Assembly: GCA_030390025.1 (NCBI GenBank)
Contig: CM059432.1
Coordinates: 57,352,001-57,416,000, forward strand
DNA from: Squalus acanthias
Taxonomy: Eukaryota
Length of the DNA: 64,000 nt
Reading direction: 5' to 3'
In this document: piece by piece, positions 63,540-64,000 of the stretch
Numbering within the stretch: position 1 is the stretch's first letter
Layout of the letters: each line of letters opens with the position of its first letter
The notes under the pieces: model-generated
Database searches by the model: none
Told to the model about the DNA's origin: nothing
Seen by the model: only the letters and a program-made list of their open reading frames with translations
Translations under genes and position numbers: made by a program

Positions 63540-64000
63540 ACTCCCTGAGAGACCATGGTGACCCAGACCTGATGCCACATGTGATGGGCGATCTGGCAGT
63601 TATAGTTTGAAATTGTTGAATTCAATGTTGAGTCCAGAAGGCTGTAAAGTGCCTAATCGAAAAATGAGGTGCTGTTCCTCGAGCTTACGTTGAGCTTCAT
63701 TGGAACAATGTTAGAGGCCAAGGACAGAGAGATTAGAGTGGGCATAAGGCGGAGAATTAAAGTGACAGGCGACCGGAAGCTCAGGGTCACCCTTACAGAC
63801 TGAACGGAGGTGTTCTGCAAAGTGGTCGCCCAATCTGTGTTTGGTCTCCCCAATGTAGAGGAGACCGCATTGTGAGCAGCGAATACAGTATATTAAATTG
63901 CAAGAAGTACAAGTAAATCGCTGTTTCACCTGGAAGGGGCGTTTGGGGCCCTGGACAGTGGGAAGGGTGGAGGTAAACGGGCAGGTGTTGCATCTCCTGC
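63540..64000 (-). mobile_element. Penelope-like element, GIY-YIG endonuclease end
   Basis: FTCTSCNLIYCIRCSQCGLLYIGETKHRL..FAEH..VACHF; LIFRLGTLQPSGLNIEF follows in another frame. Confidence 0.88.

Overview
Eukaryotic, transposon-saturated vertebrate DNA with no confidently identifiable host gene. The repeat repertoire (CR1 LINEs with (TTCTTATG)n-type tails, Deu-domain tRNA SINEs, intron-containing Harbinger elements, Penelope) suggests a cartilaginous fish; this is inference. Contents: many CR1 fragments; a second LINE family; at least three PIF/Harbinger families, including nested copies, MITE derivatives and one near-intact copy at 59094-62818; Penelope pieces, one with a minimal hammerhead ribozyme; and SINEs. 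The most notable element is at 26765-31256 (minus strand): 1680-bp TG..CA LTRs, an ATTG target-site duplication, an 18-nt tRNA-Arg primer-binding site, and a coiled-coil Gag-like ORF carrying an overlapping PSAP/PPSY late-domain motif. Also notable are two young fold-back inverted duplications (795-bp arms at 6713-8721; about 1.3-kb arms at 47383-50358). All alignments and counts were done by eye, and boundaries of degraded repeats are approximate.
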